Shown: piece after piece, positions 25,033-36,534 of the stretch
Layout of the letters: every line of letters begins with the position of its first letter
Position numbering within the stretch: position 1 is the stretch's first letter
Assembly (NCBI RefSeq): GCF_018350175.1
Contig: NC_058368.1
Span: 8,370,001-8,434,000, forward strand
Reading direction: 5' to 3'
DNA: 64,000 bases
Source: Felis catus
Taxonomy: Eukaryota
The notes under the pieces: model-generated
Seen by the model: the letters and a program-made list of their open reading frames with translations, nothing else
Told to the model about the DNA's origin: nothing
The model's database searches: none
Program-made: the position numbers and the translations under genes

Positions 25033-26504
25033 TTTGGATAGTCCCTGGGGTGGCGTGGAACTGCAGGGCACTTCCCCTGTGCTGTCTGGAGTAACTTGTG
25101 TTGGTGGGCGGGGCCACAGTCACACCTGATGTCTGCCCCTAGCCCACTACTGGGGCCACAGTCAGACTGGTGTGTGCCTTCTCTTCCCCTCTCCCAGGGG
25201 CAGGACTCACTGTGGAGTGGTGTGGCCCCTGCCTGGGCTGCTTGCACGCTGCCAGGCTTGTGGTGCCGCTTCGATGTGATCTCGCCAAGGGCATGTTAGC
25301 CAGGGTGGATCCTCAAGGTGCACAGGGGCGGGAGGGCCAGGCTCAGCTCGCTTTGCCGTGGGTGGTCCCCTGTGGGAGGGGCCCTGCAGCACCGGGAGGG
25401 GAGGAGGCAGGCCCGTGGGAGGGATGGATCCACAGAAGCATAGCATTGGGAGTTCGCGCAGTGCAAGCAAGTTCGATGTCGGGAACTGGTTCCCTTTGGG
25501 ATTCCGGCTGGGGTATGGGCGAGGGAGATGGCGCTTCCCAGTGCCTTTGTTCCCCACCGAGCTGAGCTCTGTCATCCGGGGCTCAACAACTCTCCCTCCC
25601 GTGTCCTCTCACCCTCCCCACTCTCCGAGAGCAGAGCTGTTCACTTTTACCATTCCAGATGTTAAGTCCCGCTGGCTGTCAGAACACACTCCGTCCGGCC
25701 CCTCCGCTTTGGCAAGCCAGACTCGGGGGCTCTGCCTTGCCGGGTGGGCTGGCCGCCCCTCCACCGCCCCGGCTCCCTCCCGCCAGTCCGTGGAGCGCAC
25801 ACCGCCTCTCCGCCCTTCCTACCCTCTTCCGTGGGCCTCTGGTCTGCGCTTGGCTCCGGAGAGTCCGTTCTGCTAGTCTTCCGGCAGTTTTCTGGGTTAT
25901 TTAGGCAGATGTGGGTGGAATCTAAGTGACCCGCGGGACGCAGTGAGCCCAGCGTCCTCCTATGCCACCATCTTCAAATGTTTTACATTATCTAGTTTTA
26001 ACTAAATTAACCTTCACAAAATAGATAAGTGGGCTAAAAACCAGAAATCAACCATTATACTAAGAAATGAAAGTGTAAATGAACATTAAGAAAACAGTAG
26101 AATTGATACCGTTTCTACCACTCCCTGTATGCGAATTTTCTTAGCTGAGTAAAAAAGTAGTGATAACCTAATCCTGTTGGACAAGAGATTGGCCCAGAAA
26201 TTCAAGATCACCAAGAAAATTATTCAAATGAGGATTTATAGCTGTTATTGCGACAGTGTAGTTTGGCCTAACTGGGTAGTGTGTCTAGTTACATTAGTTG
26301 CTGGTCGGAATACGTGTATACAGTTTATATACAGTGTATACGTGTATACAGTTATATACAGTGTAACTGTATATAATAGCATATGTATGTGTATATACAG
26401 TTTGTAAGTAAACAAGTATACACCTGTTGGGGGATGCCTGATCAAAGTGTCTTTCTCTTAGGGGTGTCCACCCAAGCACGTTTCCTGCCCACAGTTTAAG
26501 GGGC

Positions 26505-26652
26505 TTGCCGTTCAAAGTGTGGTCCCTAAACATGGGAACGTTTTTGAAACGCAGCATCTCAGACCTCCACGTCAGACTTTCAGAATGAGAATGTGCTTTT
26601 TAACAAGATTCTCAGGTGATTTGTATGTATGTTATAGTTTGGGAAATGCTGG
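26505..26652. mobile_element. MER5-type hAT-Charlie MITE
   Basis: tcaaagtgtggtcc...tttttaacaagattctcaggtgatttgtatg...agtttgggaaatgctg. Confidence 0.65.
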
Positions 26653-26747
26653 TCAAGGGCATATTTTATAACATACTGCTTCTGTGCTTTTGAAATCAGG
26701 GAGTGATTGCCCTACACAAGAAATTGTAGAGTTAGGAAATTCTGAGT

Positions 26748-27688
26748 TTTTTTGAAAAAGATGGAATTGACATAGAGCATTATATTGGTTTCGGGTGCAC
26801 AACATAACGATTCCATATTTGTATATTTTGTGAAACGATCACCACAGCAAGTCTATTTAACATCCATCGTCACACAGAGTTATTGTTTTCCTTTGTGATC
26901 GGACCTTTTAAGATCTGCTCTCCTAGAAATTTTCAAATATGCAGTACAGCATTGTTAACTGCAGTCACCACCCTGTACGTTCCATTCCCAAGACTGACTT
27001 ACCTGGAAGTTTGTACCTTTTGACCATATTTACCCATTTTGCCTACCCCCTTGCCCCTGCTTCTGGCAACCACCAATATATTCTCTGTATTTGTGAGATT
27101 AAAAAAAATATGCCCCGTGGAAGTGGAATCATATGATAATTTGTCTTTCCCTGCCATACATCACTTAGCATAATGCCCTTAAGATTCATCCATGTTGTCG
27201 CAGATCGCAAGATTTCCTTCTTTTTAATGCTGAATGATATTTCAGGATACATATAGACCACATCTTCTTTATCCACTCCTCTATCAGTGGACACTTAGGA
27301 TGCGTCCATGCTTTGGCTGTTGTAAATAATGCTGCAGTGAGCGTGGAGATACATTAATCTTGTTGGGGTCAGTATTTTTGTTTCCTTCGTTTAAACACCC
27401 GGAAGTGGAATTACCGGGTCATATGGTAGTTCTACTCTTAATTTCTCTCTTTTTAAAATGAAGTACAGTTGACTTCATTTTTAATTTTTTGAGGAACTTC
27501 CATCCTGTTTTCCATAGTGGCTGCACCAATTCACATCCCCGCCAGGGGTGCCTGAGGGTCCCCTTTCCTCCACGTCCTCAAAAACACGTGTTATTTTTTG
27601 TCTTTTTAGTGACAGCCATTCTAACGGGAGTGAAGGGCTGCCTTTTTGTGGTTTTGATGTCCATTTCCGTGATGATGAGTGATGCTAA
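26748..27688 (-). mobile_element. L1 3' end fragment (carnivore L1)
   Basis: ttgacatagagcattatattggtttcgggtgcacaacat ... ttgaggaacttccatcctgttttccatagtggctgcacc. Confidence 0.88.
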
Positions 27689-28202
27689 ACACCACACGTC
27701 TGGTTGTAAACTTTGTTCTATCACTTCAGACTTGACTTTAGGCAGCTTACTGAGCCCCTGAGCCCCTGTTCTAAGTCTGGAAAGTAGATGTGGCCTCGTA
27801 GGTGTTTGTAAGGATCGCGTGTCTATGAGGCACAGTGAGGATGAACCTAGTTATCCTTGGTTCAGCCCCTCCTCCTCTGCTCCTTGGTCTGTGAACCCTT
27901 TGAAGGAGGGAAAGCCTATCTTCATATTTCCCAGCACAGAGGTCTTTATGAGCTTTTTACTCACGTACCTCCTAAAGGAATTTGGAAAAATCACATATAC
28001 CCTCACATTTTTAAAAGTGAACATACAAAATTTTTATCGTAAGTTTAAAAAGTTGCAAAGTAATTCCTAGGTTCTTGTAAATATTGATATTTTACAGGTG
28101 GTTCCATCACTCTTTTCAGTCTGGCTACTAGAATAAAATTACCAAGTGATTTGGTAGATTCCCAGTGGGGGCTGGTGAATGGGAAGAGCCTGGGTTTATT
28201 TC

Positions 28203-28204
<2 letters not shown>

Positions 28205-28257
<53 letters not shown>

Positions 28258-28329
28258 CCTCCCTCCCTCCCTCCCTCCCCCTCTCTTTCCCTCCGTCTCT
28301 CTTCCTCTCTCCTCCTGCCTCTCTCCCTC
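28205..28329. repeat. (TC)n-(CCCT)n polypyrimidine tract
   Basis: about 125 nt almost free of purines on +; mirror-repeat/H-DNA type. Confidence 0.95.
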
Positions 28330-28625
28330 ACAGACTTTGGTGGCATCCCCTGGTGGTTCCAGCCCCCGCTGAATGGGCTCACAGCTCCGGCTCCGGCTCC
28401 CTCCTGGGGCTGCTGGCCCAGGGCTGTGGTCTGGCCAAGGCTTCTTTTGTTTCTTCAGTGCAGGCTGGTGGGCACCTTCCAGCAGTGGCTTCTCTGTGCT
28501 GCTCCACAGTTTCTCTTAGTAGCTCAGCTCGTCTTGTATTTGTGTGGCCAGTCCCCTGAACTGATTCCCTCTGCAGCAAATACTTCCAGTGGATTCTGTT
28601 TTCCTGGAGAGATTCTGACCGATAT
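28330..28625. mobile_element. possible old ERVL-type LTR remnant
   Basis: cttccagcagtggcttctctg...tccctctgc...gtggattctgttttcctg...ctgaccgata resembles LTR33/LTR41/LTR16-class 3' ends; family not verified. Confidence 0.4.
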
Positions 28626-28761
28626 TCTAGTCTTTACTGATATGCCAGTATTTAGAAGTGTCCCGCTGTCACTGGAAGATTTTAGAGCCCCAATCAGTGC
28701 ACTATAGAGAATTTCAGGATGTGTGAGGGATGTGCTTTTCTTTAAAAAATGGAACAAGGAC

Positions 28762-28970
28762 GGGGCACTTGGGTGACTCAGTCGGTTAAGCGTCTAGCTC
28801 TTGATTTCGGCTCAGGTCATGGTCTCACAGTTTCACGAGTTCCAGCCCTGCGTCGGGCTCTGTGCTGACAGTGTGGAGCCTGCTTGGGATTCTCTCTCTC
28901 TGCCCCTCCCTGCTCATGCTCCCTCTGTCTGTCTCAAAATGAATAAATAAAAAATAATGATAATAAAAAA
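28762..28970 (+). mobile_element. Can-SINE
   Basis: ggggcacttgggtgactcagtcggttaagcgtc head, A-rich tail. Confidence 0.93.
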
Positions 28971-29392
28971 GCAGAACAAAGGACACTCGTGAGGAGGAAA
29001 GTTGTTCCCAGGCAGAACAACTTGGGGGGGGGTACAAATACAAGATAAGGATGTATAAACCGATTCCCCTCGATGAGAACCCCTGGAAAGTCGTCGTGTG
29101 CCCCTGTTTGGAGACTGCTGCCTTGCAAAGTCAGGCACGTCACACGCAGCGGGCACATGAAACGCCGGTCGAGTAAATGGGTGATGACTGAGTACGTACC
29201 ACCATCCCAGATGGCCAGAAACCCCCACTGAGCGCAATGTGTATGGAATCTGCTGAGCCCTGGGGCAGCAGCACAGAGCCGGACTGGACGTCTCCCAGGG
29301 CCGGCAGTTGGCAGGGCAGGTAAAGCCACAGGCAGGGCTGGAGGCGTGGAGGAAGCGGGGGCAGTAACAGCCGGCAGCTGCAGGCGGCTGCA

Positions 29393-30990
29393 CCCCCAGC
29401 TCCTCTGCGCCCCCCACCCTGCTGCGCCCCCGTACCCCATTGTGCCCCCCACTCCTCTGGGCCCCCCGTCCTGCTGCGCCCCCGTACCCCACTGTGTCCC
29501 CCACCCTGCTGCGCCCCCGTACCCCATTGTGCCCCCCACTCCTCTGGGCCCCCCGTCCTGCTGCGCCCCCGTACCCCACTGTGTCCCCCACCCTGCTGCG
29601 CCCCCGTACCCCATTGTGCCCCCCACTCCTCTGGGCCCCCCGTCCTGCTGCGCCCCCGTACCCCACTGTGTCCCCCACCCTGCTGCGCCCCCGTACCCCA
29701 TTGTGCCCCCCACTCCTCTGGGCCCCCCGTCCTGCTGCGCCCCCGTACCCCACTGTGTCCCCCACCCTGCTGCGCCCCCGTACCCCATTGTGCCCCCACT
29801 CCTCTGGGCCCCCCCACCCTGCTGTGCCTACGTACCCCACTGTGTCCCCCATTCCTCTGTGCTCCCCCACCCTGCTGCAACCCTGTACCCCACTGTGCCC
29901 CCCACTTCTCTGTGCCCCCCACCCTGCTGTGCCTACGTACCCCACTGTGCCCCCCACCCTGCTGCGCCCCCGTACCCCACTGTGTCCCCCACTCCTCTGC
30001 GCCCCCTCACCCTGCTGCGCCCCCATATCCCACTGTGTCCCCCACTCCTCTGTGCCCTCCACCCTGCTGTGCCCCCATACCCCACTGTGCCCCCCACCCT
30101 GCTGCACCCCTGTACCCCACTGTGCCCCCCACTTCTCTGTGCCCCCCCACCCTGCTGTGCCTACGTACCCCACTGTGCCCCCCACCCTGCTGCGCCCCCG
30201 TACCCCACTGTGTCCCCCACTCCTCTGCGCCCCCTCACCCTGCTGCACCTCTGTATCCCACTGTGTCCCCCACTCCTCTGCACCCCCTCACCCTGCTGCG
30301 CCCCCATACCCCACTGTGTCCCCCACTCCTCTGTGCCCTCCACCCTGCTGTGCCCCCATACCCCACTGTGCCCCCCACCCTGCTGCGCCTCCGTACCCCA
30401 CTGTGCCCCACTTCTCTGTGCCCCCCACCCTGCTGTGCCCCCCACCCTGCTGCGCCCCTGTACCCTACTGTGCCCCCCACTTCTCTGCGCCCCCACCCTG
30501 CTGTGCCCCCGTACCCCTCTGTGCCCCCCACTTCTCTGTGCCCCCCACCCTGCTGTGCCCCCCACCCTGCTGCGCCCCTGTACCCCACTGTGCCCCCCAC
30601 TTCTCTGCGCCCCCACCCTGCTGTGCCCCCGTACCCCCCTGTGCCCCCCACTTCTCTGTGCCCCCACCCTGCTGCACCCCTGTACCCCACGGTGCCCCCC
30701 CACTTCTCTGCGCCCCCCCACCCTGCTGTGCCCCCATACCCCACCGTGTCCCCCACTTCTCTGTGTCCCCCCACCTTGCTGTGCCCCCATACCCCAATGT
30801 GCCCCCACCCTGCCCCCACCCTGCTGCACCCCTGTAGCCCCCTGTGCCCCCACTTCTCTGTGCCCCCACCCTGCTGTGCCCCCGTACCCCACTGTGTCCC
30901 CCACTTCTCTGTGCCCCCCACCCTGCTGCGCCCCGTACCCCACTGTGTTCCCCACCCCTCTGCGCCCCCCCACCCTGCTGCACTCCCCAC
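29393..30990. repeat. GC-rich minisatellite/VNTR with higher-order structure
   Basis: subunits ccccaccctgctgYgccccYgtaccccactgtg (~35 bp) and ccccactYctctgYgc (~17 bp); periods of 87, 228 and 120 bp. Confidence 0.97.
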
Positions 30991-32027
30991 TCTGCCGCTG
31001 CTGATGTCTGCAGTTGAGTACATCTGCCTCCCGCCCTTGGAACTCTGCCGCCCATCCAGGGAAATGTCTTTGACAAATTTGTTTACAGAATATCAAATTG
31101 TGCATTTATTGGCTAGCTGACGAATCTGAAAATAGCCTGAGGAGGATTTATAACAGGGCTACTTTCATTGCTCACAGAACAGAGTTTCTCCCTGTAAAGA
31201 GCACCCCATTTGGCATCGAGGATTGCCTTCTGCCGTGGCACACACGTCCTGAACTTTAACCCACATGGAAGTGGAATGAGGGAGTTCAGAAACCACACAG
31301 GTGAAGGCGATGGAAGCAAAAGCAGACCCCAAACCCCAACCCGCGCTCTGGCAGAAGGAGACTCCTGTCGTTTCTAGACGGCTAACGGGGCGGGGCTGGG
31401 CGCGGCGGCGCCCACTGCCCACGTGTCCAGCGCACTTAGTTCTCACCGTGAACGCATCGGCTGGATGTTGTCGTCAAGTCCGTTTCACTGACGGGGAAGC
31501 CGAGACCCACGTAAAGCTGCTGAGCCCCACAGCTCTCGGAGGCACAGCTGACCCTGACCAGCCATTCTGGCTCCAGACGCACCTCCTCGGCCACTAAATC
31601 AGAACCTCTAAGCGGCCGAGTACGTGGGCCACCGACTCTTGAAGGAGGTGTGGATGTCTCTGAGGGGGCTGGTGGCCTGTTTGCCTGGCTTATCTGGGAG
31701 GGCAGGGCCTTGGGTACTGAGACAGGGCTACCTTTAATGTATAGCGATTAATACCGTCGCAGAGAGCCACCCTGGGTGTGGAATTGGGGGCTTCTCACCT
31801 GGGGTATAGAACCAAGGAGAACATTTGGGAAGGTGAAAGCTCTGAATGACCAAGACAAGCCTTCTTAAACTCGGAAGGTTCACTTTCCAACTAATAACCT
31901 GTTTGAAAATCTGAAAGATTAAAGCCGTACACGGTCTGTGAGCTTTTTGGAGGCAATAAAGATCATGGAGATAAGTTTTCTGGAAGGCGTCATGTGGGAA
32001 CAAAGTCGGCTCCTGAAAGAGAAGGCA

Positions 32028-32242
32028 GGGGCGCCTGGGTGGCTCAGTAGGTTGAGTGTCTCTTGATTTCGGCTCAGGTCGTGATCTCACAGTGGTTCGT
32101 GGGTTCGAACCCTGGGTGGGGCCCTGTGCTGACAGTGTGGAGCCTTCTTGGGATTCTCTCTCTCCCTCCCGTTCCTCCCCACCCCTGCTCATGCTGGCTC
32201 TCTCTCTATTTCAAAATAAGTAAGTAAACTTAAAAAAAAAAA
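32028..32242 (+). mobile_element. Can-SINE
   Basis: ggggcgcctgggtggctcagtaggttgag; TSD aaagagaagg both sides. Confidence 0.95.
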
Positions 32243-32253
32243 GAGAAGGTAAA

Positions 32254-32455
32254 GATATCACAGTTTGTGGGTTCAAGCCCCACGTCGGGCTCTGTGCTGA
32301 CAGCTCAGAGCCTGGAGTCTGCTTTGGATTCTGTGTCTTCCTCTCTCTTTTCCCCTCCCCTGCTCATGCTCTGTCTGTCTCTCTCAAAAATAAATAAACA
32401 TTAAAAAAAATTATTTTTTAAAGAATCCTTCCTATAAAAGAATTCCAGCCTTAGG
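32254..32455 (+). repeat. headless SINE plus unique flank; inverted copy of 33361-33561
   Basis: reverse complement matches 33361-33561, including non-SINE aagaatccttcctataaaagaattccaRccttagg. Confidence 0.92.
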
Positions 32456-32659
32456 AATTGGAGTATCCCGCTTCCTGGAGTAGAGGTGGAGTAGAGGAAA
32501 GAGGAAGCTAGAGGGCTTTAACTTGATCCCAGGAGGCAGCAGGTACCAAGGCTGTCTTTTGGGGAACAGGGAGAGACTGATACTACTTTTGAAAGTCAAA
32601 CTACAGAGCAGCCCTTTTGGAAGCTTTGTTTTGTTTTGTAAATAAAGAATGAAAATACG

Positions 32660-32850
32660 TTTTTTTAAAAGTTTATTTTTGAGAGACGGAGAGACAGAGC
32701 ACGGGTGGGGCAGGGGCAGAGAGAGAGGGAGACACAGGATCCGAAGCAGGCCCCAGGCTCCAAGCTGTCAGCACAGCTGACAGGCTTGAACCCACGAACC
32801 GCGAGATCATGACCTGAGCCGAAGTCGGACGCTCAACCGACTGAGCGCCG
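32660..32850 (-). mobile_element. Can-SINE
   Basis: TSD gaatgaaaatac at 32647-32658 and 32852-32863. Confidence 0.93.
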
Positions 32851-33395
32851 GGAATGAAAATACTCTTGATATAGTACCGTGGGAGCAACAAGTGAGGGAC
32901 TTGTTAACGGACTTTGATGATCAGTAGGTAAGAAAGTATAAAGGGAGTGAGAGAACATAGACAAATGAAGGTCAGGGACGATTCCTACTCAAGTTCGTTT
33001 GCTTCTGCACAGAGTCTAACCTTAGAGTTTCACTTTGGCGCTTCCTCATCCATCAGTCCATTTTTTCCGTAAGTACCTTTGAGGCCCTGCTGTGTGCCAG
33101 GGCCTGGGCTGGACACTAAGGACACAGAGGAGCACAAAGCCGCACATGGTCCCCGCTGTGCTATCTTATTAAAAGCGCCAGTGAACAATTACAGCAGCAC
33201 CAAGTCCCAAGCAGGAGAGCCCTGTGGCGTCCTGGATGGCCGATAGAGGGATCAACGTAATCAAAGAAGGAGAAGAAAGAAGCCAGTGAGGGACGGTGTG
33301 CTGTTTCCCTGGGAGGCAGGGTCCTCACTTGCTTAGGAATGTAAGGATGTGTACATCGACCCTAAGGTTGGAATTCTTTTATAGGAAGGATTCTT

Positions 33396-33613
33396 TAAAA
33401 AAACATTTTTTTAATGTTTGTTTATTTTTGAGAGAGAGAGACAGAGCATGAGCAGGGGAGGGGAAAAGAGAGAGGAAGACACAGAATCCGAAGCAGGCTC
33501 CAGGCTCTGAGCTGTCAGCACAGAGCCCGACTCAGGGCTCGAACCCACAAAATGTGAGATCATGACCTGAGCCAAAGTCGGACAGTCAACCAACTGAGCC
33601 ACCCAGGCACCCT
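33396..33613 (-). mobile_element. Can-SINE
   Basis: complete head; TSD taggaaggattctt at 33382-33395 and 33618-33631. Confidence 0.96.
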
Positions 33614-34483
33614 AACGTAGGAAGGATTCTTGAATGAAGGTGTGCAGGGACCCAGAGCCTTTTCTGCCTCGCATCATCCCCCTGCCCCACGTTTACAGTG
33701 GGTCAATTATACCACAATTGTAGCTAAAGGCAGGAACATTGAATTTCAGATTTCTCTTTTGCACTGACCTGCTTTATGAAATGATATTGACACTAGCACA
33801 CAGCAATTAATAGCTGGCTGAGTACTTTGTAGTTATTTTGACTGTATCTCTGTCCCCAGCCCCCTTTCCTTCCTCTCATTCACCTACCTCCCATGCAGGT
33901 AGGATAGGCAGGACAATATTATGCGTCCATTATCGTAATGCATTATTATCATTACGCATCATTATTATTACCACTGTGCCATTATTATCAAAATGCCTTT
34001 TGAAGATTTGCTGCATTGGACATTAGAAACAAAATTATAATGTGTGCCTACCACCTATAGAGAGGGAGACCGATAACTTTCAAATGTAGTGTGTTAGTTT
34101 CTCTTGAGGCATGCGCAGAGGACATCAGAAGATGAGGCAGGGAGCCCCTAACTCAGAATGTGTGGGGGAGCTTTCTGCAAAAGTTTGGAGAATGGGTGAG
34201 ATTTGGCTGGAAAAGGACAGAGTGGGTGGGAAGCAAGCTCAGACGAAGTCGAAGTCGAGCCCTGCTGGATGAGGAGGTGAGAGAAGCTGGAGTTGAAACC
34301 CGATCTTCCGATCTGTCTCCAGTGCTCATTCCCTGAACTAAGCTGCCTTTGGGGGGTGGGGCGGGAAGCTGGTGGGAGAAGATAAAGATCCTGCAGGTGG
34401 AGTAGGAAACCAGGAAGCAAGAGAGCCTTCTTTAAACTGGTATCAAAGGCTTTGGGGGAATGGGGGAATGTAGGTAGTATGTG

Positions 34484-34682
34484 ATTTTTAAAAGTGTTTA
34501 TTTCTGAGAGAGAGTGCAACGGGGGCGGGGGGAGGCGCAGAAAGAGGGAGGGGAACAGAGGATCCAAAATGGGCTGTGTGCTGACAGCAGTAAGCCCCCT
34601 GTGGGGCTTGAACTCACGAACCACGAGATCATGACCTGAGCTGCAGTCAGACGCTCAACCGCCTGAGCCACCCAGGCGCCCC
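34484..34682 (-). mobile_element. Can-SINE
   Basis: ...gagccacccaggcgcccc; agtatgtg flanks both ends. Confidence 0.92.
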
Positions 34683-36480
34683 AGTATGTGGTGTTTTAAG
34701 TTGTCCTTTATGGAGCCTTTATCAAGCCCAGGTGCGGAGCCGAGCCCTGTGCCGTGGTCGCATTTGCCCTTCACCCCGGTGCCCCTGTGAAATCTCATCC
34801 TGTGCACACTCAGCCTTTGCAGGCACTGTTGTTACACACGGGGAGAGGTGGGACGGGGACACAGCCTGTGCGTCTCACTCTTGGCGTTGTGCCCCTTGTA
34901 GCTCTGAATTCGGTGTTAGTGCCTCCATGTCACAGAGGGAGGAGCTGAGCCAGGGGGTCGGAACGCGGGTTGAACTTCACCCTGCATTGCCCTGATTCGG
35001 TGGTCAGTGCCTCAGGGCTGGGTCTGGTGTGGGGGGGGAGGGGCTGTGCGCTGCCCTTGGCCTTGTCCTGGGCTGGACGCCTGCAGGCCGTCCCTACAGT
35101 CGTCAAGCATGGCTGGATTCTTCACAGACACGCTGAACATACAGACTCTGGGGACCGTTCCGGGACGTCATCCCTCCAGCATAGTCATTTCTATGGTAAA
35201 ACGCATTTACAGACCCATTTGAAAGCCGGGCCCGTCGGGGTGGTGTTTTGCTTTCTAGGACTTGGTGTTCATTAGGCATATGCTGGCTTCCGGCAGGCCC
35301 GATGTGTATGGATGTCTGCCAACTTTCTGAACTATAGTAATTAAGGCTTTTATGCGTTAGCAAGACTCAAACGTAATGCGGAGTACAAGTAGCTACTGTT
35401 AGACTTAAGTCCTGAAGTCAAACTTCGTTTTCAGAAAACACACTCAATTTGGAAAGGCAGGGGGTAAATCATCCTGTAACCGATGTAAGGGAGACTGCGT
35501 TTCCCTAAGGAGTTGCACAGATCAGCAGCATACGTACAGAAAAGATCGGGTGTGGGCAACGTGCATGTTGCTTCAGGAGAAATGTTCCTGTGGGATGGTC
35601 AGGGCTCGTGGGAGCAGCCCGCTGATCAGGTGGGGAGAGAGGGCAGAATCCTTTCTTGTAACACGTTTCCCCTGAAGCTCCGTAAGAGGCAGACTTCTGG
35701 GTTATGTTTCAGAATTAATCTTGCTGATCAACGAACTCCATTCTGCCTACTTGTGTTGCAAAACCTTGAGCCTGGGGGGAAGGGGTGGGGGAAGGCAGAG
35801 GCTGGCGGCGGGATTTAACTGGCACTGAGCTGTGATCACTTGGACAAAGCGATGCAGATCTTTGACAGGATGGGTTTAGGGCTCCTGCCATCCGCAAGGA
35901 AAGCCTCCATCTGGAGACGCCATCAAAATAATACTTCTAGGTTTTATTGAGGGCCCTCCTCCCATAACCAAACACTGTTGTGTCTTCCGTCCAGATAACT
36001 ATTTTCACTTGCCGTGAAAACAAGCGAACACCTCGTTTTTCTCTTGGAGGAGAAATGAGTCAGCATTCCTTGCAGCCGTCCCTTTGCCAGCTTTTCACAG
36101 GCGTCGGGGAGTTTGATTGCTTCCTCCTAAAAGGATAGCATCTGAAAAGAGGAGAGCGGGGAACGCCTGAGGATTTATGTGCCAGCCCTTGAGCTGAGAG
36201 GCGAGAAGGAGAGGTTTGGAATAGGGATGTAGGTCTGGACACTTGGAGACGCCCCTCGTGAAAGCAGCCGAGAAACCAGGGTAATTGTGAGAGCGTGGGA
36301 CCCTTGACTCTGCGTGGGCTGCGCTGCCTTCAGTCCCAAGGAGAAAGCAAGCAGGAGAGAGAGCACCTTAGGGAAACATTGCCATGGGCTGCCCGTTTCG
36401 GCATAAAATGGGGCGTGTGCCTGGCTTGTCCCTGTGGCCCTAGGTTGCTGTTGGGGTCGACGGCCCCCTCCCCCCTGCTC

Positions 36481-36486
<6 letters not shown>

Positions 36487-36534
<48 letters not shown>

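Larger units (their letters stand above)
20058..25975 (-). mobile_element. full-length felid LINE-1 (L1_Fc-like), about 5.9 kb, inactivated
   Basis: 5' end gaagatggtggcataggaggacgctgggctcac (on -), CpG-rich 5'UTR, ORF1, ORF2 with EN/RT/Cys domains, 3'UTR with AATAAA and a short A8. Confidence 0.97.

Noticed and set aside
29393..30990. Repeat array as a CRISPR-like locus
   Set aside because: No unique spacers, no cas genes, mammalian context.
28914..31120. Overlapping 200-552 aa Pro/Cys-rich and Gly-rich ORFs on both strands (keratin-associated or collagen-like look)
   Set aside because: They are translations of a stop-poor minisatellite; the same peptide units recur in several frames and shift frame with C-run length.
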